A stretch of 64,000 nt of DNA from Candidatus Krumholzibacteriales bacterium. Lineage in GTDB: Bacteria; Krumholzibacteriota; Krumholzibacteriia; Krumholzibacteriales; WJIX01. The stretch spans positions 1 to 64,000 of the forward strand of contig JAWODM010000018.1 of the NCBI GenBank assembly GCA_046483305.1. The letters run 5' to 3'. A model generated the notes under the pieces. It saw nothing but the letters and a program-made list of their open reading frames with translations. It ran no database searches and was not told the DNA's origin. Of the stretch, positions 10,376-20,654 are shown piece by piece. The position numbers and the translations under genes were made by a program. The number at the start of each line of letters is the position of its first letter. Position 1 is the first letter of the stretch.

Positions 10376-11420
10376 CCGGCGCCCTCCCTTCAGACTGTTC
10401 TGAAGCACCCTTATCATCTTCCGCGCCAACCTCTTCCTGAACTCCCTGCTTATCTCTTCCGGCCTTCACCGAACTGAAAGCCCGGATTATCCTTCTTACC
10501 AGTTGATGCCTCACCACGTCCTCTTCGGAGAAGAAAACAAATTCAACTCCTCTAACTCCCCCCAGAATATCCTGCACCGCTACCAGTCCGGAGTCTTGGG
10601 GTGAATTCAGATCTATCTGGGTGATATCACCTGTAACTATAGCTTTTGAGTTAATCCCCAATCTGGTCAGAAACATTTTCATCTGCATTACAGTGCTATT
10701 CTGGGCTTCATCCAGTATCGCAAACGAGTTATTCAGAGTCCTTCCCCTCATGTATGCCAGCGGAGCTATCTCAACCGCACCGGACTCTATCATATTCTGA
10801 AGTTTTTCCAATCCTATCATGGCGGCAAACGAATCGAATATCGGCCTCAGGTAAGGGTCTATCTTCTCCTTGAGATCTCCAGGGAGGAAACCCAGTTTCT
10901 CACCTGTTTCAACCACCGGCCTGGAGATGAATATTCTCTCTATCTCTCCCCTTTTCAGAGCCTCCAGGGCTGATGCTATTGCCAGGTAAGTCTTGCCCGT
11001 ACCGGCCGGCCCGATAGAAAATACCACATCGAACTTTCTTATAGCCTCAACGTATTCCTTCTGCCTGGTGGTTTTGGGAACTATCGCCTTTCTTCTCCTG
11101 GTGGAATAATATACCACCGATTTTTTCAAATCATCTATTTTCCTTGACTCCCGGCTTCCACCCTGGATAACCCTCGATATATCACGCCTGGAAAGCTGAT
11201 GGCCGCTTTTAACCAGTTCGATCAGGGTCTTGAAAATATCTGTCAGCCTCTCGATCTTCTCCAGGTCCCCTTTCAGCACTATCTCGTTCCCTCTCACCAC
11301 TATAGTATCCGGAAAATACTCCTCCAGCACCTTGAGATTGACATCATTGATCCCCAGAAGATCTATCAGTTCAATCCCTTTTATCGAAAGAGCTCTCTTA
11401 TTATTCAGGTTTTCACTCAA
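10368..11420 (-). CDS. phoH: PhoH family ATPase
   Basis: GPAGTGKT, GEKLGFLPGDL, APLAYMRGRTL, LDEAQN, GDITQIDL, DVVRH. Confidence 0.96.
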   Translation of the reverse strand: MSENLNNKRALSIKGIELIDLLGINDVNLKVLEEYFPDTIVVRGNEIVLKGDLEKIERLTDIFKTLIELVKSGHQLSRRDISRVIQGGSRESRKIDDLKKSVVYYSTRRRKAIVPKTTRQKEYVEAIRKFDVVFSIGPAGTGKTYLAIASALEALKRGEIERIFISRPVVETGEKLGFLPGDLKEKIDPYLRPIFDSFAAMIGLEKLQNMIESGAVEIAPLAYMRGRTLNNSFAILDEAQNSTVMQMKMFLTRLGINSKAIVTGDITQIDLNSPQDSGLVAVQDILGGVRGVEFVFFSEEDVVRHQLVRRIIRAFSSVKAGRDKQGVQEEVGAEDDKGASEQSEGRAPDA

Positions 11421-11508
11421 ATATATCAGGTCCCCAATTAATACAAAACTCCTGGTTCATCGCGAGATGAACCAAGAGTTGCTGCATAAGCCGTGAATTT
11501 TCAGTATA

Positions 11509-12252
11509 TTACTCAATTGCAGTGTCTTCCCTGGGAATAACAAATTCCTGATCGGGGAAGATTAAATCCGGGTTTTCTATCTTCGATCTGTTCGCTTCAT
11601 ATATCAAAGGCCATTTGCGGTAATTGTCATAAATCTCCCAGTATCCTGCTATCTTGGCCAGCCATTCATCCCTGCGCACAACATGCTGCCTGGGCCAGTT
11701 TCTGGGAATCTCCAGTGTCCACCCGGCCAGCACCCAATCAGGATCCTCAATCATCTTATAGTTTGCTCTCCAGATACGGGGCCATTTCAGAGGATCGCCG
11801 TAGATCTCTTCGTAGGAAGCAAGCGTCCACAGGCATTCACCGAATTTGAGAGTCCAATTCTTTGGAAGGCTGGCCAGCTGTTGAAGCTGCATGGTATATT
11901 CCTCAACCTGAGTGGATAGTTCGGAGTATCTTTTTCTGCTTTCGCTTAATTCTCTGGTCAGCCTCTCAATATCCTCCAGGTTGCTGGCCGCTTTCTCGCT
12001 GGCTTCCTTTGATTCTCTCTGCAGCCTGTCCAGTTCCTCCGCCAGGTCCTCGCAGTACTGCTCTCTGTCTTCATCGGAAAGCTTCTGATATTCTTCGCCT
12101 TCGTAGTATTCACCTCTGGTAATATCTATAGGTTTAGGCTCATATTTACTGCACCCTGCAAAAAGCGACAACAGGAGTGGTAATATTATTGCCAAGCTGA
12201 ATAATTTTCTATTCAACACTGAATACTCCCCCGTTTTTCTGATATTACTCAT
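11509..12252 (-). CDS. Lipoprotein with coiled coil and two LysM-like domains
   Basis: Lipobox LFAG-C, heptad-rich middle, two LysM-like repeats (GECLWTLA..IYGD..KWPRIWRAN; DEWLAKIA..IYD..KWPLIYEAN..NPDLIFP). Confidence 0.85.
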   Translation of the reverse strand: MSNIRKTGEYSVLNRKLFSLAIILPLLLSLFAGCSKYEPKPIDITRGEYYEGEEYQKLSDEDREQYCEDLAEELDRLQRESKEASEKAASNLEDIERLTRELSESRKRYSELSTQVEEYTMQLQQLASLPKNWTLKFGECLWTLASYEEIYGDPLKWPRIWRANYKMIEDPDWVLAGWTLEIPRNWPRQHVVRRDEWLAKIAGYWEIYDNYRKWPLIYEANRSKIENPDLIFPDQEFVIPREDTAIE

Positions 12253-12548
12253 TCCCTTCCGCTACCCTTCTTTAATTCATTTATTTTCTTGAGAAGTTCT
12301 TCCGGCTTATCTTCCAGGCGGGAAATCTTGGTTTCTACTTCTTCGAGGTCTTTCCTAAGCTCTTCCAGCCGCTCACCGGATTCTTCCGCCTCTTCCCTGT
12401 TGGTTTGAAGCTCAAGCCTGGTTTCGTCAAGGGTGACGAGGCTGGTATCGCAGTATGGTTTGGGCCCGCATGACAGATTCATAACCATTGGAGAACTCAG
12501 TAACAGGACCAAAATCAAGAGTCTGAATCGTGTTCTCACAGCCCGCAT
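12249..12548 (-). CDS. Small coiled-coil putative lipoprotein
   Basis: Hydrophobic N-terminus ending NLS-C, then a heptad E/K/L-rich helix. ATGA overlap with the next gene. Start uncertain (12563, 12548 or 12539). Confidence 0.75.
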   Translation of the reverse strand: MRAVRTRFRLLILVLLLSSPMVMNLSCGPKPYCDTSLVTLDETRLELQTNREEAEESGERLEELRKDLEEVETKISRLEDKPEELLKKINELKKGSGRE

Positions 12549-12586
12549 TCCTCCTTCTGGCAATTATCTATCTCTAATTAAAGTTT

Positions 12587-12615
12587 ACATTAATAACGGG
12601 GCCGGCAGATGTCAA
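12587..12615 (-). promoter_or_regulatory. sigma70-type promoter for the lipoprotein-phoH run
   Basis: TTGACA-17 nt-TAATGT on the minus strand. Confidence 0.7.
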
Positions 12616-12679
12616 GCAAAAAGCCATTATTTGTTTATCCCTCAAACAGGCAAAAGTCATGCCTGAAACATCAGATTAT

Positions 12680-14473
12680 TCACTCCTTGCCGGGATCCAC
12701 CGTCCTGATATTAAGTTCTTTCAGCACTTCTTTTTCCACTTCCGCCGGCGACCCTTCCATCAGGGAAGCCGCATTCTGTGTTTTTGGAAAAGCTATATAT
12801 TCACGTATCGAACTTCCTCCTCCCATAACCATAGCGAGGCGGTCAACCCCTATCGCTATACCCCCGTGGGGGGGCGCTCCGTACTGGAAGGATTCAAGGA
12901 GAAAATCGAATTTCCTTTCGGCTTCTTCCCTGTCTATTCCTATTACGGCGAGAAGTTTCTCCTGGAGTTCTCTCCGGTGGACCCGGATACTCCCGGAGCC
13001 CAGTTCCACTCCATTGCATACCAGGTCGTAAAGATAACCGCGCACTCTTTCCGGCTCTGAATCGAGGTACCGGAGGTCTTCTTCCGCCGGCATACTGAAT
13101 ATATGATGTGCCGGTTCAAGACCGCCTTCCTCGGAACGCACAAACAGCGGGAACCGGTTCACCCAGGAGAAATCAAAAACATTTTCGGGGACCAAATCGA
13201 GGGAATCAGCCAGTTCGAGCCGCAGAGAGCCCAGCACTCTGGAAGCCTTCCCGGGATCATCAGCCACCAGAAGTATTAGACCGCTGCTGATTCCGAATTT
13301 ATCTTTTAATCCCATTATCTCATCTTCGCCCAGATGAGCCGCAACCGGCGATTCCACCGATTCGCCGACTTTAATCCACACCAGCCCTCCCGCCCCTTCC
13401 TCCACAGCCGCCTTCTCTATCTTCTTTATCCTGCTTTTTGAAAAACCGTAACCCTGTTCCAGAGCTATCCCCCTGATTGCGCCCCCTGCCGACAGTACTG
13501 AAGAAAATATCTTGAAACCGGTGGAACCGAAAATCTCCGAGCAGTCGGCTATCTCCAGCCCGAACCTGAGGTCCGGCTTGTCGGTTCCGTACTCAGATAT
13601 GGCGGTATCATAATCCATTCTCGGGAAAGGGGCCTGCAGTTCAATATCCAGAACGTCCGAGAACACCCTGGCCATCAATCCCTCGGTCAGGCCCATTACA
13701 TCTTCTTCGGAGACAAAGCTCTTTTCCAGATCAACCTGAGTGTGCTCCGGCTGCCTGTCCCTTCTCAGGTCTTCATCCCTGAGGCATCTGGCCAGCTGAA
13801 AATACCCATCCACCCCGGATACCATCAGTAGCTGCTTGTACAGCTGGGGGCTCTGTGGAAGGGCATAGAATTTACCGGGATGGGTTCTGCTTGGAACCAG
13901 ATAATCCCTCGCCCCTTCAGGGGTCCTCTTCACCAGAATTGGGGTTTCGATCTCCAGCAGCCCCTGCTGCGAAAGGAAATTCCTGATACTCATGCTCAGC
14001 CGGTGCCGCAGCCTGAGATTCTCCTGCATGGAGTTTCTTCTCAGGTCAAGGTACCTGTATCTGAGGCGGAGGTCTTCGTTAACCCTGCTCTTATCCGACA
14101 CATTGAAGGGTGGCACCTTGCTTTTATTATAAATGGCCATATCGCGGCAATATATCTCCACCTCGCCCGTTTTCATCTCCCTGTTGATCATATCTTCCGG
14201 CCGGGGCCTGACCTCTCCGGCGCAGGCAATCACATCTTCCGCTCTGAGAGAGCCCGCCTGCCGCTTGAGATTGGGAAGCTCCGCGTCGAATACGATCTGA
14301 ACCAGCCCGGTTCGGTCCCAAAGGTCAACAAATATCAGATTTCCGAGCTTCCTGGCCTTCTTTACCCAGCCGTTCAGAACCACCCTGCGGCCCTTCATAT
14401 CGGCTGAAACCTCACCGCACATAACGGTTCTTTTCCACTTCTCCTTAACCACAAACTCTATCGGGTCAGTCAA
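12680..14473 (-). CDS. aspS: Aspartate--tRNA ligase
   Basis: RLRYRYLDLRR, TPEGARDYLVPSR, LPQSPQLYKQLLM, RDEDLR.DRQPE, GTDKPDLR, YGAPPHGG, FPKT. Confidence 0.98.
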   Translation of the reverse strand: MTDPIEFVVKEKWKRTVMCGEVSADMKGRRVVLNGWVKKARKLGNLIFVDLWDRTGLVQIVFDAELPNLKRQAGSLRAEDVIACAGEVRPRPEDMINREMKTGEVEIYCRDMAIYNKSKVPPFNVSDKSRVNEDLRLRYRYLDLRRNSMQENLRLRHRLSMSIRNFLSQQGLLEIETPILVKRTPEGARDYLVPSRTHPGKFYALPQSPQLYKQLLMVSGVDGYFQLARCLRDEDLRRDRQPEHTQVDLEKSFVSEEDVMGLTEGLMARVFSDVLDIELQAPFPRMDYDTAISEYGTDKPDLRFGLEIADCSEIFGSTGFKIFSSVLSAGGAIRGIALEQGYGFSKSRIKKIEKAAVEEGAGGLVWIKVGESVESPVAAHLGEDEIMGLKDKFGISSGLILLVADDPGKASRVLGSLRLELADSLDLVPENVFDFSWVNRFPLFVRSEEGGLEPAHHIFSMPAEEDLRYLDSEPERVRGYLYDLVCNGVELGSGSIRVHRRELQEKLLAVIGIDREEAERKFDFLLESFQYGAPPHGGIAIGVDRLAMVMGGGSSIREYIAFPKTQNAASLMEGSPAEVEKEVLKELNIRTVDPGKE

Positions 14474-15731
14474 GTTCCTCTACCCCTTCCTTCATGAAAT
14501 ATTCTGAAATCCTTTCGAAAGAAACGTCTTCCTGTGTTCCCCGGCTGAGATTCTTTACAACTGCATTTCCGGATTCCAGCTCATTTTCGCCGATGAACAC
14601 CGCGTAATCATACAGGTCTCTGGAAGCTGTCCTCAACTGCTTTTTTACATTCCTGAGGGAAAGATCAACATAAGCTTCCATCCCCTTCTCTCTGAGGCTG
14701 TCCGCCAGCAGCATTGCAGAAACACTGCAGCTTTCGCTGAAAACCACAAAGTATGCCCTGGGCGGCTTTCCGCCGTTTTCAAGGCGGTCTGGCTCCAGCA
14801 CCTGAACCAGCCTCTCCATACCGGCGGAAAATCCGACCGCCGGGATGGAGCCCCCTCCCATCTCCTCTGCCAAGCCGTCATAGCGGCCCCCTCCGCAGAG
14901 GGCATTCTGAGCGCCCAGCTCCGTGTGAATTATTTCATAAGCTGTCCTGGTATAGTAATCCAGTCCCCTTACCAGAAGCGGCTCTATCTCGTATGATATA
15001 TTCATTCTGTCCAGAATCCCGGCGAGAGTATCGAAATGCTCCCTGCAATCGTCACAGAGATAATCCGTGATCACCGGAAGATCGCCCTTTACATCTCCGC
15101 ATACCTTGCAGTCCAGAACCCGCAGGGGATTTGAATCAGCCCGGACCACGCAATCATCGCATAATCTGTCCTTCATCCCCTTCAATTCCCTGCGCAACAC
15201 TTTCAGAAAGGAATTCCGGCACTTCAGGCAGCCTACACTGTTCAGCTTTACCATAAGCCCTTCCAGGCCCAGAGAACTGTGTAACTTAATCGAGATATCA
15301 ATGATCTCAGCATCGACCGCCGGGTTGCCGGAGCCTATCGCCTCTGCCCCGATCTGATGAAACTGCCTGTATCTGCCTGCCTGTGGTTTGTCATATCTGA
15401 ACATCGGCCCCATATAGTAGAATTTGGTAATTCCTCCCTCTCTCTGGAGCCCGTTTTCAAGATAAGCCCTCATCACAGGAGCTGTATTTTCAGGCCTCAG
15501 CGTAAGGGACCTCCCTTTCCGGTCCGAGAAAGTATACATCTCCTTGCTTACTATGTCGGAAGTTTCTCCCACCGATCTTATGAAAAGGTCGGTTTCTTCG
15601 AAAATGGGAGTCCTTATTTCCCGGTAACCGTACCGCTGCATCAGGGAGCAGAGGTGCCGCTCAACCTTTTGCCATATCTCCATCTCTTTTCCCAGGATAT
15701 CTCTGGTTCCCCTGGGCCGGTTATAATTCAT
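14466..15731 (-). CDS. hisS: Histidine--tRNA ligase
   Basis: PRGTRD, KEMYTF, LRPENTA, GRYRQFHQIG, LVRGLDYY, GGGRYDGL. Confidence 0.98.
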   Translation of the reverse strand: MNYNRPRGTRDILGKEMEIWQKVERHLCSLMQRYGYREIRTPIFEETDLFIRSVGETSDIVSKEMYTFSDRKGRSLTLRPENTAPVMRAYLENGLQREGGITKFYYMGPMFRYDKPQAGRYRQFHQIGAEAIGSGNPAVDAEIIDISIKLHSSLGLEGLMVKLNSVGCLKCRNSFLKVLRRELKGMKDRLCDDCVVRADSNPLRVLDCKVCGDVKGDLPVITDYLCDDCREHFDTLAGILDRMNISYEIEPLLVRGLDYYTRTAYEIIHTELGAQNALCGGGRYDGLAEEMGGGSIPAVGFSAGMERLVQVLEPDRLENGGKPPRAYFVVFSESCSVSAMLLADSLREKGMEAYVDLSLRNVKKQLRTASRDLYDYAVFIGENELESGNAVVKNLSRGTQEDVSFERISEYFMKEGVEELD

Positions 15732-16114
15732 TTATTCCTATACCTCCTCCAGGATGTAACTTTCACGAAATAATATAACGCATTCCCTGTAATAATTCCG
15801 AGCAGATCCGCGAAAAGATCAAAAATACTTGCATCCCTTCCCGGTATGAAACTCTGATAATACTCATCGGTCAGCGCGATTCCCGCGGCAAGCGCCAGGG
15901 AGGCGACTCCATGAGATATCCCCGGGTCCGCTCTGCCGTAACTTAATCCCCGGCAGAGGAGATATGCCAGCACGGCATATTCGAAGAAGTGAATTACCTT
16001 GTCGCTCCCCTGAGGGAGCCTGAATCCTTTCCCCGGTATGCCGGGTATCGATGATAACCCGAATATCAGCGCAATCCATACAATCAGGGGCGCCCACCGC
16101 TTTACGTTCTTCAC
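15728..16114 (-). CDS. VanZ family membrane protein
   Basis: LIFGLSSIP, DKVIHFFEYAVL, DEYYQSFIPGRDASIFDLFAD. Confidence 0.9.
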   Translation of the reverse strand: MKNVKRWAPLIVWIALIFGLSSIPGIPGKGFRLPQGSDKVIHFFEYAVLAYLLCRGLSYGRADPGISHGVASLALAAGIALTDEYYQSFIPGRDASIFDLFADLLGIITGNALYYFVKVTSWRRYRNK

Positions 16115-16339
16115 AAATTCATCCCCTTCGATTCAGAAAATGAGCCTGCCGCGATATAAGATTAAAATCCGGAATCACCGGCAGCTAATCAACGCTTACC
16201 CGGAACAGGCCGAACCGGAAATCATCGATAAAACATTTTCTGTCATTCTTACCGGTCCAACCCGGACCGGCCCGAAACCGGCAACTGTCAAAGAATATAA
16301 GTGACCGCGGGGCTTTATTTCCAGGAGATTCTCCTTTTT

Positions 16340-17317
16340 TTACCCGTTATCTTCGGAGGTCTCCGCCCCGGAAGTCGAATCAGCCGAAACAGTGACCGTG
16401 AATGTTTCGTTGGCAAGCCAGTACTGATCTATACCGTCGGGAACTATTATCTCAGGCTTCAATTTATAGGTTCCGGGAGAGGCGTCACTGATATTTAGAA
16501 TTATGGAAATATCAGAAGAGACTATATCTTCAACCAGCTCACGGGGGCCGCTGAGAGTCAGAGAGGTTACCGCCGGGGAGCACGAGATTTCAAGGTTCTG
16601 GTTATCCACCAGCACGGTAGGGGGTATATTGGCCAGTGTGCGGGTTTTCCGCTCACTGATCTTCATCTCCACATGCACAGTTTCCGGATCGATCTCGATA
16701 TTGTAACCTCTGGTCATCAGCTTAACCTTTTCTGATATAACCCCTGTCCTGTTTCTTATGTCAATCTCTTCGGTGGGAAGGAAATTAATATCTTCCAGCA
16801 CATTCGAAGCTCCCCTGACCTTGATGGTTCTTGGTATGATAACCGGCGTATTCATAATAATATTGTCTCTGCTCATATTGCCGCTGTATACCAGTTTTAC
16901 CGGAACAGACTTGGTAAGCACTTTCTTGAAATTCAGGGCCAGGACTTTCGGCTTGTCTATGCTGATCTCCCTGGGCCTGTCTCCGTCCGAGAAATGCAGA
17001 ATTTCAGGCGACAGGCGGAAATTGACCCATCCCTCCCTGCCCCTGGAAAGATCCACTATGGCTTCTATATCCCCGAACAGCCTCATCCTGGTCAGATTCG
17101 CCCTGGTCTCCTTCACGGTAACATCTATGCTCTCCGGTATATCGTTGATTATGGTCAGCGAATCCGGCAGGCCGGTAAGCTCCAGGGGAACACTCATGGA
17201 CTGGTCTTCTACCCTCTGAGCGGTAACATGGACCCAGAGAAAGAAAGCGCAGATAATCGATATTATCTTCGCCTTGTAGTTGTGAGTGATAATTCTTATA
17301 AGTCTCTTTATATTCAA
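16340..17317 (-). CDS. YbbR/CdaR family protein
   Basis: HNYKAKIISIICAFFLWVHV anchor typical of CdaR, followed by about three beta-rich YbbR-like repeats (KSVPVK, P.TIKVRGAS, LTLSGP). Confidence 0.85.
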   Translation of the reverse strand: MNIKRLIRIITHNYKAKIISIICAFFLWVHVTAQRVEDQSMSVPLELTGLPDSLTIINDIPESIDVTVKETRANLTRMRLFGDIEAIVDLSRGREGWVNFRLSPEILHFSDGDRPREISIDKPKVLALNFKKVLTKSVPVKLVYSGNMSRDNIIMNTPVIIPRTIKVRGASNVLEDINFLPTEEIDIRNRTGVISEKVKLMTRGYNIEIDPETVHVEMKISERKTRTLANIPPTVLVDNQNLEISCSPAVTSLTLSGPRELVEDIVSSDISIILNISDASPGTYKLKPEIIVPDGIDQYWLANETFTVTVSADSTSGAETSEDNG

Positions 17318-18636
17318 TTCTTTTCTCTGTATACCCTGATTTCCTGGCCGGGATAAATAGTAGTATTTCTGCTGAAATCATTCAACCGGCAAAGCGAGCT
17401 GAGATCAAGGCCATATTTTTCCGCTATACTCCAGAGGGTTTCGCCGCTGGAAACGGTGTGGGAAAAATACCCGGCGCCTGCCAGTTTTCTGGCGGGGGGA
17501 GGCGACTTCTCGAAAAACCTGAATACACCCTCCGCTATATTCCTGGCTATCCAATCCAGCATGTTTCTATTTTTAAGATATCTGACATCTCTCGCGTTGG
17601 AGAGATAAGCTGCCTCTACCAGGATTGATGGCATTGATATCGATCTCAGCACCACGAAATTGGCCTGTTTTACACCTCTGGACGGGATGTACCGCGAGCC
17701 GTAAATTTCTTCATTGACACAGAGGGCAAGCATGGAGCTCTTCTCCATGATGTCAGTCTCCGTAAGGTCCAACAGGATTTTCTGCACATCGCTGTTCATG
17801 TATTTACTTTCTTTCTCCAGTTCCTGGAGTACGTTCTCCCTTTCAGCCACCCTCTGAGCGTTCTCATCGGAAGCGCCGGTGAGAGAAAGGAAATAAACCT
17901 CAGACCCCCTGACCGAAAAATCTTCATAACGGTTGGCGTGAACAGAGACGAAGCAGTCGCCCTGGTGCTCCCTGGCGATCTGTATCCTTCTGCCCCGTTC
18001 AACATAGTAATCACCTTCCCTGGTAAGGATGGCATGATAGTCGGGCCTCTCCTCTATGTACCGTTTGAGCATAAAGCATATATCAAGAACTACGTCTTTT
18101 TCCTGAAGGCCGAATCTGGAACAGGCTCCCGGATCGCTCCCCCCGTGTCCAGGGTCTATGATAACAACCTTCTTACCGCTTGAAACAATCGCTTCGATCT
18201 TATTCTGCCTCACCTTGACTTCTCTCTCTGAAAATGATTTTTCCAGATCGAAGACGATTCTGTAGGGATGGCCCCTGTTCGGTTTGAGGGCGAAATGTCT
18301 GTAATCTGTTCTTTCTGGCAGATCGAAAACCACCTGGCTTCCCGAGCGAAGCCGGTTTATCCTGATTCTTTCGATCACCCCGTCTCCAACGGCAATCTGT
18401 TTCACACTCTCGGAAAATCTGCTTCCGGGAATATCTATCGCTATTCTATGGGGATTATCAAGCTCTCTGACTCTATAAACCGATTCGCCGCTCATATCGA
18501 GAACAACCCTGGTATGATCGGGAGCTGTCCACGAACGAATTCTCTTTATCTTAAGGGATGAAGACGCGGAAACATCCCCGCCGGCGATCACAGCGGCAAC
18601 CAGAAGGATTGTAACGAGATATCTTTTACCTTTCAT
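17314..18636 (-). CDS. N-acetylmuramoyl-L-alanine amidase (AMIN + Amidase_3 + LysM)
   Basis: Signal peptide, IRSWTAPDHTRVVLD (AMIN), IIDPGHGGSDPG, FVSVHAN, PSILVE, C-terminal LysM HTVSSGETLWSIA. Confidence 0.95.
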   Translation of the reverse strand: MKGKRYLVTILLVAAVIAGGDVSASSSLKIKRIRSWTAPDHTRVVLDMSGESVYRVRELDNPHRIAIDIPGSRFSESVKQIAVGDGVIERIRINRLRSGSQVVFDLPERTDYRHFALKPNRGHPYRIVFDLEKSFSEREVKVRQNKIEAIVSSGKKVVIIDPGHGGSDPGACSRFGLQEKDVVLDICFMLKRYIEERPDYHAILTREGDYYVERGRRIQIAREHQGDCFVSVHANRYEDFSVRGSEVYFLSLTGASDENAQRVAERENVLQELEKESKYMNSDVQKILLDLTETDIMEKSSMLALCVNEEIYGSRYIPSRGVKQANFVVLRSISMPSILVEAAYLSNARDVRYLKNRNMLDWIARNIAEGVFRFFEKSPPPARKLAGAGYFSHTVSSGETLWSIAEKYGLDLSSLCRLNDFSRNTTIYPGQEIRVYREKN

Positions 18637-18734
18637 AATTCCACTTCAAGGCGTCAAATCTCCCGAAAGGACGTTATTAATGAAATATTATTCGCTGAGG
18701 ACTGACCTTACAAGGGAATTCTCAAGTAATTTAA

Positions 18735-19631
18735 CTATTCGAAATAGTAGTCATCCGGGATGATGTAATTCAGCGGATTACGGGGAACTCCCCTGAATAC
18801 TACTTCATAATGAAGGTGCGGGCCGGTAGACCGGCCGCTGTTTCCGACCAGCCCCAGCACTTCATTCCTTTTAATACGCTGGCCCCTTCTGACCAGAACC
18901 TTGGACAGGTGAGCATACCTGGTTTTAAATCCGTTGCCGTGATTGACCTCCACCACCAGGCCAAATCCTCCGTCCTTTCCGGCCATGGTTACATATCCGT
19001 TCGCTGTGCATACTGCCGGGATTCCCGCCCTGGCGCAGTAATCCACCCCTTCATGCATTCCTATTCTGCCGGTGAATGGATCTAATCTGCGCCCGAATCT
19101 GCTTGACAGAAATCCTCCGCGCAGCGGACGTATGGAAGGAGTGCAGTCTCTTACCGTCTTTTCCTTTTCAAGAAGGTCGACTATCTTTCTGTAGCTTTCC
19201 AGCTGAAGCCTCGACTGTCGGATCAGTTTGTCCAGGTCCTGTTCGAATGAGAATACGCGATCCCGTGACGATTCATTAATATGTCCGCCGATACCTACCT
19301 GCCAGACATCCCTGGATAGCGGGTCCATGCCTGCGAGCATTCTGGCCCGGTTCTGCAGATCGAAATTGTTTTCCATCCTCTTTTCCAGAGAATTTACCTT
19401 ATTCCTGATCCTGCTTATTTTCTGCCTGAGGACCCGGTTTTCTTCTCTGAGCTGAGCTGATTTTATTCCGCTCCGGGCAAGGTCCGCATACCTGAAAGCG
19501 CTGAAAATACTTATCGCCATTACGGAAAAGGCAATGACAAGAGCTGAAATAGCAAGGATACGGGGTATCCTGACGGTTTTTACACCCTCGTTCCCGCTTC
19601 TTATATATAGAAAGGTAAAGTATTTATTCAT
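18735..19631 (-). CDS. M23 family peptidase
   Basis: N-terminal TM, coiled coil, SSRFGRRLDPF, HEGVD, YAHL, GRSTGPHLHYEV. Confidence 0.95.
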   Translation of the reverse strand: MNKYFTFLYIRSGNEGVKTVRIPRILAISALVIAFSVMAISIFSAFRYADLARSGIKSAQLREENRVLRQKISRIRNKVNSLEKRMENNFDLQNRARMLAGMDPLSRDVWQVGIGGHINESSRDRVFSFEQDLDKLIRQSRLQLESYRKIVDLLEKEKTVRDCTPSIRPLRGGFLSSRFGRRLDPFTGRIGMHEGVDYCARAGIPAVCTANGYVTMAGKDGGFGLVVEVNHGNGFKTRYAHLSKVLVRRGQRIKRNEVLGLVGNSGRSTGPHLHYEVVFRGVPRNPLNYIIPDDYYFE

Positions 19632-19729
19632 AATTTGTTATATGTATGTAAAAATCACAAAAATATACTCGCATCAAAACACCGCACCCGGAATCAGATA
19701 TTCAGCAAACAGTATTCCATTCGCTGTTA

Positions 19730-19755
19730 AAACGGGTGGAATTCTCCACCCGTTT
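19730..19755 (-). terminator. Intrinsic terminator after the sigma factor gene
   Basis: AAACGGGTGGA-attc-TCCACCCGTTT, an 11-bp stem ending in TTTT on the minus strand. Confidence 0.7.
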
Positions 19756-19787
19756 ACAATTTTTCAGAATTTTAACACAACAGCCGA

Positions 19788-20654
19788 TTAATCTTCAATG
19801 TAGTCTTTCAGGTACTTGCTCCTGGTGACATGCCTCAGCCTCTTTATAGCTTTCTCCTTGATCTGTCTTATCCTTTCCCTGGTAAGGTCCATTTTTCTGC
19901 CTATCTCTTCCAGGGTAAGGGGCTCTTCACCATTTAATCCGAAATACATTATCAGAATGCTCTTTTCTCTCCTGGTGAGTGTGTCCAGGGTTTTCCTCAT
20001 ATCGCCGCTCAGCGAATTGTTGTAAGTCATTTCATCGGCCGATTCCTGGTCGTCATCCACCAGATAATCTCCCAGGGAATTCTCCTCGGGATCGTTGTTG
20101 TAAGAAGCATCCAGGGAGAGATGGCTGTTTGCTATCTTCATGGTGTCTCTCACTTCGCTTACCGATACTCCCAGTTTGTCGGCAATCTCATCGACTTCTG
20201 GCTCACGGCCCAGCTCCTGGTCGAGCTGTCTGGAGATTTTACCAATCCTGTAAAGCGTCCCCGCCCTGTTCAGAGGGAGCCTGACAATACGGGACTGCTC
20301 GGCAAGCGCCTGAAGCATCGCCTGGCGAATCCACCATACCGCGTAGGATATGAACTTGAATCCGCGCTTCTCGTCAAACCTGTGAGCTGCCTTTATTAAT
20401 CCAACATTACCCTCATTAATCAGATCGGCCAGCGAAAGGCCCTGATTAATGTAGTTTTTCGCAATGGAAACTACAAACCTCAGATTAGCCTTTATCATCT
20501 TATGGAAAGCTTCCTCATCGCCTTTCCTTATTCTGCGCGCAAGCTGTTTCTCTTCTTCTCTAGTCAAGAGAGGTGTATTATTGATTTCTGCTAAATAGAG
20601 ATCCAGGGATTTCTCACCAAGATATTCCTTATCTCCGTAATACATTTTTTTCAC
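19788..20654 (-). CDS. RpoD/RpoS-family sigma70 factor lacking region 1.1
   Basis: LDLYLAEI..TPLLTREEE, ANLRFVVSIAKNY, DLINEGNVGL, FISYAVWWIRQ, TRERIRQIKEKA. 288 aa, GTG start. Confidence 0.95.
   Translation of the reverse strand: MKKMYYGDKEYLGEKSLDLYLAEINNTPLLTREEEKQLARRIRKGDEEAFHKMIKANLRFVVSIAKNYINQGLSLADLINEGNVGLIKAAHRFDEKRGFKFISYAVWWIRQAMLQALAEQSRIVRLPLNRAGTLYRIGKISRQLDQELGREPEVDEIADKLGVSVSEVRDTMKIANSHLSLDASYNNDPEENSLGDYLVDDDQESADEMTYNNSLSGDMRKTLDTLTRREKSILIMYFGLNGEEPLTLEEIGRKMDLTRERIRQIKEKAIKRLRHVTRSKYLKDYIED

Noticed and set aside
12680..14473. AspS motif variants (QPEHTQ, HHIFSMP) as altered specificity
   Set aside because: Core class II residues are intact and nothing can be concluded without an alignment.
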